This document shows positions 38,292 to 42,069 of a DNA stretch of 42,069 bases, piece by piece. The notes under the pieces were generated by a model. It searched no databases. It was not told the DNA's origin and worked only from the letters and a program-made list of their open reading frames with translations. The stretch comes from Verrucomicrobiota bacterium. GTDB lineage: Bacteria > Verrucomicrobiota > Verrucomicrobiia > Limisphaerales > AAA164-E04. Where the stretch lies: the NCBI GenBank assembly GCA_040264395.1, contig JBDQII010000002.1, positions 1 to 42,069 of the forward strand, in the 5' to 3' direction. Within the stretch, counting starts at the first letter, position 1. Every line of letters starts with the position of its first letter. A program made the translations under genes and the position numbers.

Positions 38292-39317
38292 ATGAATCAA
38301 ACTCAAATCAACCATCTTACCTGTGAGCATCCTTTCAAACCAACATGTGGAAAACTCCGGTTATTGAATTGGAGAAGTGCTGTTTTATTTTTTCTGGGTG
38401 GGTTTGTCCTATGGTACCCTCCATCTTTGTCCCAGGAAGTTGGTCAACCTTTCTCTGTCATTGCCTATCTACCTGAATATCGCATCAGCACTCTGCAGCC
38501 CAATCAACTGAAATGCGTCACTGAACTGATCTTTTTTGGCGTGGAACCCACGGCGGACGGCATACTACCCGATCAACCGATCCAACCTGAGACATTGACG
38601 AAGCTTCATCAACTGCAAAAAAAATCCGGATGTCCCATGCTCCTTTCAGTCGGCGGCTGGGGACGATCTCAACATTTTGATGCGCTTGTCTCGAATGTCT
38701 CCGCCCGGAAACGTTTTATCAGATCATTAAAAAATCTTTGCCTTTCCCATCACTTTTCAGGTGTCGACTTCGATTGGGAACATCCCACAGGCAACAAGGC
38801 AATGGATGCGTATGCCGCCTTGTTAAAGGAGACAAGAACTTCATTTCACGCGCAGGGGCTGAAGGTGACCCTTGCCCTAGCGTCCTGGCAGGATTTGGGA
38901 AACAAGGCCTACGAAGCTGTGGATAGAGTACATCTGATGTCCTATGATCACAATTACCCACAAGCTACCTTTGAAAAATCCGTAGCAGACGTGAAAGGTC
39001 TGATAAATAATGGGTGCCCTCCCGAGAAAATTGCATTGGGAATACCCTTCTATGGACGCGACAGAGACCGTCAGGCAATGACCTATCGTGAGCTGGCTGC
39101 CAATGCAGATTTGGATCCTGCCCTCAATGAAATCCATGGTTATGCCTTCAATGGTCGCGATACCCTCGCCCAGAAAATAAACTATGCGCTTCGGGACAAA
39201 CTCCAAGGCATCATGATCTGGGAGATTGGGCAGGATTCGTTCGATGCCACCACATCACTGCTACAACGCATCTGCAGTCAGGTCCAATCAACAAAACCAC
39301 CAAGTCCAGGAAAATGA
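38292..39317 (+). CDS. Glycoside hydrolase family 18 (chitinase / endo-beta-N-acetylglucosaminidase-like)
   Basis: 341 aa. Shows LLSVGGWG, the catalytic FSGVDFDWEHP (D-x-D-x-E), MSYD and GIMIWEIGQD. N-terminal hydrophobic segment. Confidence 0.9.
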   Translation: MNQTQINHLTCEHPFKPTCGKLRLLNWRSAVLFFLGGFVLWYPPSLSQEVGQPFSVIAYLPEYRISTLQPNQLKCVTELIFFGVEPTADGILPDQPIQPETLTKLHQLQKKSGCPMLLSVGGWGRSQHFDALVSNVSARKRFIRSLKNLCLSHHFSGVDFDWEHPTGNKAMDAYAALLKETRTSFHAQGLKVTLALASWQDLGNKAYEAVDRVHLMSYDHNYPQATFEKSVADVKGLINNGCPPEKIALGIPFYGRDRDRQAMTYRELAANADLDPALNEIHGYAFNGRDTLAQKINYALRDKLQGIMIWEIGQDSFDATTSLLQRICSQVQSTKPPSPGK

Positions 39318-39618
39318 ATCAACTCATTCCGCTTCCTTTTTTTGCTGTGAATACAAGTTGCACGCTTCATGGAATTTACTTCGCAGCTTCATTTTCATTT
39401 CAGTTGCATGGTCCTGCCATCAACGAAGTAGGCGCCGCGTGAAAAACTGACCAAAGCCGCGATCCAGTATTCACGGTGTTACAAATCCAGGAGCTATTTT
39501 TTTGTTACCCTTATACGCTATTGCTTTGGCAATCTATAACTTCTGGATATTATCTCCAGGGTTGTTTCCGTTCAAGTAATAGCATTATTCAGCTGTTTTT
39601 TACAGCCAGTGGTGAGCG

Positions 39619-39855
39619 GTGTTTCAACAGTTGGATGAGATTCGGGAAGTGGCTGATTTGAAAGCTTCATTTTCTGAGGATTTAATTCTTAAAATCAAAA
39701 AACTTAGAAGGAAACCCCACCACGGGAAAAGAATTTCTCTTGAAAAAGTTGCGGAAATTTTAAATAAAAATGGCGACAAGACTCCCACAGGAGCAAAGTT
39801 CTATCCAACTACAATAAAAAGAATACTTAATCGGCGCTGCATTTTGTTCCGATAA
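39619..39855 (+). pseudogene. Orphan C-terminal fragment of a serine-recombinase-like gene (helix-turn-helix/recombinase region only)
   Basis: 78 codons beginning at a GTG immediately after a TGA, with no ATG anywhere in the frame. KRISLEKVAEILNKNGDKTPTGAKFYPTTIKRILNRR resembles the S-L-x-x-I-A-x-x-L-N-x-x-G-x-x-T-x-x-G-x-K/W ... V-x-R-I-L pattern of resolvase/invertase-family recombinases. No catalytic N-domain is found upstream in any frame. Two sampled 60-nt lines (39661-39780) have 30% and 33% GC. Confidence 0.4.
39825..39838. repeat. 14-bp direct repeat ACTTAATCGGCGCT, copy 1
   Basis: Exact copy of 40432-40445. Lies in the last codons of the recombinase-like fragment. Confidence 0.6.
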
Positions 39856-39901
39856 ATACCGAGACCATCTGCTCAAAAAAAATAAATTTATGGATCAGTT
39901 C

Positions 39902-40237
39902 CTAGCTCCGATTAGTCCACCACTTAACTCGATAGAATTTCGTCGAGGGTAGGTCCATACTATCATCAGTGATCGTGAAAGTGCCGCCTCCCTTTTGGTC
40001 GCCCACTTCGAGGGTGCCATGCTCACTCCATTTCATTAAATCTTCTGAAACTTCAATTAGATAGATTGTATTTGGTTGAATTTCGAAGGTAACTGCCCTA
40101 CCGCTAATCCTGAGATTTAACGAGGTTAACGGGGTGTCTACGTTGGTAATTCCTCCAACGATAAGATCAGACGCTGCTATTGAATGCACAAAAGCAAAAC
40201 ATAATGAAAGTAGAGTGATTTTTTGAATGAGCTTCAT
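39902..40237 (-). CDS. Hypothetical small secreted protein
   Basis: The track ORF extends to TTG 40285. The ATG at 40237 gives signal peptide MKLIQKITLLSLCFAFVHSIAA, then a beta-rich sequence ending FYRVKWWTNRS. Low-GC gene bracketed by the 14-bp direct repeats. Confidence 0.5.
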   Translation of the reverse strand: MKLIQKITLLSLCFAFVHSIAASDLIVGGITNVDTPLTSLNLRISGRAVTFEIQPNTIYLIEVSEDLMKWSEHGTLEVGDQKGGGTFTITDDSMDLPSTKFYRVKWWTNRS

Positions 40238-40431
40238 AATGGCGCTTAGAGGACGAATCGTTTCAAAGCCGCGGGAAGATGGCAAGAGTAAATTTGAATG
40301 GTGTTTTAGGCATCCATTTAGCCCCGAAAGCTGTGTGTTTATTTTATGCGCGGCGCCAACATCCGCCGAAAATTGATAAATTTAACTTTTTCGTTAAGCC
40401 GCAGGGATGATTTTAATGCCTGTTCCTGATG

Positions 40432-40445
40432 ACTTAATCGGCGCT
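40432..40445. repeat. 14-bp direct repeat ACTTAATCGGCGCT, copy 2
   Basis: Exact copy of 39825-39838, 607 bp downstream of copy 1. Confidence 0.6.
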
Positions 40446-40887
40446 CTAACAAATCAAAATTAAGGAATAAAATGGAAGATAAAACGACTGTCGCCTTCAT
40501 CATGCCAAAATTTGAAGCTTCTTATGTTGATCACCCGGGTGCCATCAAAATTAGCGTACAAACGCTAACAAACAAAAACACAAAAAGAGCAACAGGAGCG
40601 GCTATAAAACAAAAAAGCATGGAGATTTGTGGACGCCTTCGGCACTCATGCTGACCCAATGTTCGAACTCGGGTATGCGATCGTGAATCCTGGAATGGGG
40701 AGTGCCGGTGGCATTCTTTTTGAGTCAACAGGTGGCTTGCAAATCAGAGCCATTCACTCTTGCTACTCCCTTTCTTAATCTTTAAAGTTGATTATCAAAT
40801 CGAGCTTACGGGGCCCTGGCCTGCCTCGTTGTGTTTTAACAGATTGAACATATTGTAAATATTCCAACTCACCTAAATTCATAGACC

Positions 40888-42069
40888 ATGGCTGTTCAGA
40901 CCTCAATTCTCCCTGATAAACTGCACGAGTACCCTCAACAAGATGTGATCGACGGATCCGGCGCAGGACCGAATTCGATTCTCGATGATTGCCTCAACAA
41001 ACACGGCGGAGTGTTGCAACTTCTACATCGTTACGCCGGCCGGACATTTTGTACGCCAGGAAAACGAATTCGGCTGGATGCGCAGTCATACTATCCAGAT
41101 TACATGAACGGGACTGGGCTGGATGAGCTTTGGATGTGCTGCACCGTTCCCATCGTGACCGGAGTCATCGATACCCGCACGAACAAGGCGCCATTTCGCG
41201 AGGGGGAATCGCACGTTCTCACGCCGAACGGCCAGTTCATCTCGCTGCAGGATTTGATCGTCGCCAAACCGGAAGCTATCATAGGTGAGAAGATGACGGC
41301 CTTTTCGAAATCCATGTTCGGCGATCCGACCTGGCCGATTGTGTCGAAGAAATTCGACAATCTGAATCCGATTCCGCATCACCTTCACTGGGCGAAGTGG
41401 GAAGTGTACGACATCAATTCATACGATAACCCTGGAGTCAGTCCGTCGCATTATCACACCACAGCAATGGGACTCTACCCGTTTGTAACGAAGGATCAGT
41501 TCCTTGCCTGCATGAAACGCTTCGGGCAGGGGGAGTATAACGGCGTTCGGCATTTGTCGCCGCACACGATGATGCACATTGACAATGGCTTCGTCATGCC
41601 GAATGGCGTGCTGCACTCGCCGACGGACCTCTGCACACACGAGCTGCACGTCACGATGGACGAACATTTCCTTGCCGAGGATCTGACGCTTGATGGACGT
41701 ATTGGAGCAGCCGATGCGTTTTATGCATGCCGGGAAGAGGACTATCCGAAGGACAAACACCAAGACTGGGAGTTCCTGGTTGATACGTTCGACTTCGAAG
41801 CGAACCAGGATCCAGATTTCGTGCGGAAAAATGCGCGTCCGGCAATCAGAGCTGAAGCATTCACAGGCGACGGAGTGGACGCAAAGTGGATTGTCTACGG
41901 CGATTTTCTTGGCGACCAGAAGTGCTCAATCCTCCGTCTCATTATCGAGCCCGGTGGCAAGACCCATTTCTGCCCGGAGAGCCCCGCTCTGTTCCACACG
42001 AATGGCGGATGCGGTCGTGTCGGAAAGCTCGAAGTGCGATATCATCAGGATATGAAGCTTGGTGAAATC
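40888..42069 (+). CDS. Cupin-fold protein, class I phosphomannose-isomerase-like (partial, runs off the right edge)
   Basis: Absent from the ORF track because it has no stop. ATG at 40888, then 394 open codons to the window end: MAVQTSILPDKLHEYPQQ ... LQDLIVAKPEAIIGEKMTAFSKSMFGDPTWPIVSKKFDNLNPIPHHLHW ... NGFVMPNGVLHSPTDLCTHELH. This parallels the PMI pattern (..LG..fg..lP.l.K.l.a...lS.Q.HP ... ipaG..Ha ... E.q). The coding call is solid; the functional call is tentative. Confidence 0.6.
   Translation, partial: MAVQTSILPDKLHEYPQQDVIDGSGAGPNSILDDCLNKHGGVLQLLHRYAGRTFCTPGKRIRLDAQSYYPDYMNGTGLDELWMCCTVPIVTGVIDTRTNKAPFREGESHVLTPNGQFISLQDLIVAKPEAIIGEKMTAFSKSMFGDPTWPIVSKKFDNLNPIPHHLHWAKWEVYDINSYDNPGVSPSHYHTTAMGLYPFVTKDQFLACMKRFGQGEYNGVRHLSPHTMMHIDNGFVMPNGVLHSPTDLCTHELHVTMDEHFLAEDLTLDGRIGAADAFYACREEDYPKDKHQDWEFLVDTFDFEANQDPDFVRKNARPAIRAEAFTGDGVDAKWIVYGDFLGDQKCSILRLIIEPGGKTHFCPESPALFHTNGGCGRVGKLEVRYHQDMKLGEI

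Noticed and set aside
40661-40668. GTTCGAAC resembling a tRNA T-loop, next to a recombinase fragment
   Set aside because: The flanking bases (CCAAT / TCGGG) cannot form a 5-bp T-stem on either strand, and no acceptor or anticodon arms can be drawn. It is not a tRNA.
40472-40728. 60-aa plus-strand and 65-aa minus-strand ORFs in the islet
   Set aside because: They are mutually overlapping, low-complexity (poly-Lys/Asn or Arg/His-rich) and motif-free. They most likely reflect non-coding AT-rich DNA.
41086-41763. Two minus-strand ORFs (100 and 114 aa) and the plus-strand ORF 41690-42055
   Set aside because: They overlap the uninterrupted 394-codon plus-strand frame starting at 40888, which has a coherent cupin-like sequence. 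The track lists these ORFs only because the real gene lacks a stop in the window.
1-42069. CRISPR arrays, rRNA/tRNA/tmRNA/RNase P/SRP RNA, intact transposases or integrases, toxin-antitoxin or known defence genes
   Set aside because: A by-eye scan of all spacers longer than 90 bp, plus the assignment of every long ORF, found no regularly spaced repeats, no conserved RNA boxes and no nuclease, ATPase or methylase-type ORFs. An Rfam/Infernal and defence-HMM scan would be the decisive check.

Overview
This 42 kb window is almost entirely protein-coding and reads as an accessory glycan-utilisation region of a PVC-superphylum bacterium. Verrucomicrobiota-like is the best guess, from the prepilin leader [31 protein letters not shown] and the PVC-type heme-binding dehydrogenase. 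Most products carry signal peptides. They include four Cys-type (C-x-P/A-x-R) sulfatases, four serine esterases, one GH18, a DUF1080 (3-keto-disaccharide hydrolase family) protein, and three Gfo/Idh/MocA-type proteins around an MFS transporter. There is also a 1256-1260 aa DUF6807 + dehydrogenase + HEAT + cytochrome c fusion, a 2110 aa lamin-tail/LamG/CotH protein, a DUF6288-like/HEAT protein, an orphan pseudopilin-like protein and a TPR + thioredoxin-fold protein. Two partial genes missing from the ORF track run off the edges: 1-231 (-) and 40888-42069 (+). I found no rRNA, tRNA, CRISPR array, intact mobile element, transcription regulator or recognisable defence system. Five things deserve a second look. 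(1) A single in-frame TAG splits an 870-codon TPR-redoxin frame. (2) A DUF1080 + Gfo/Idh/MocA + MFS module includes two degenerate, translationally overlapped Gfo-like proteins. (3) The DUF6807-cytochrome c fusion shares an ATGA overlap with a sulfatase. (4) The giant LTD/LamG/CotH protein has a domain-in-domain architecture. (5) A low-GC islet at 39.3-40.9 kb carries a start-less recombinase fragment and 14-bp direct repeats. All functional calls come from motifs read by eye in the translations; no searches were run.
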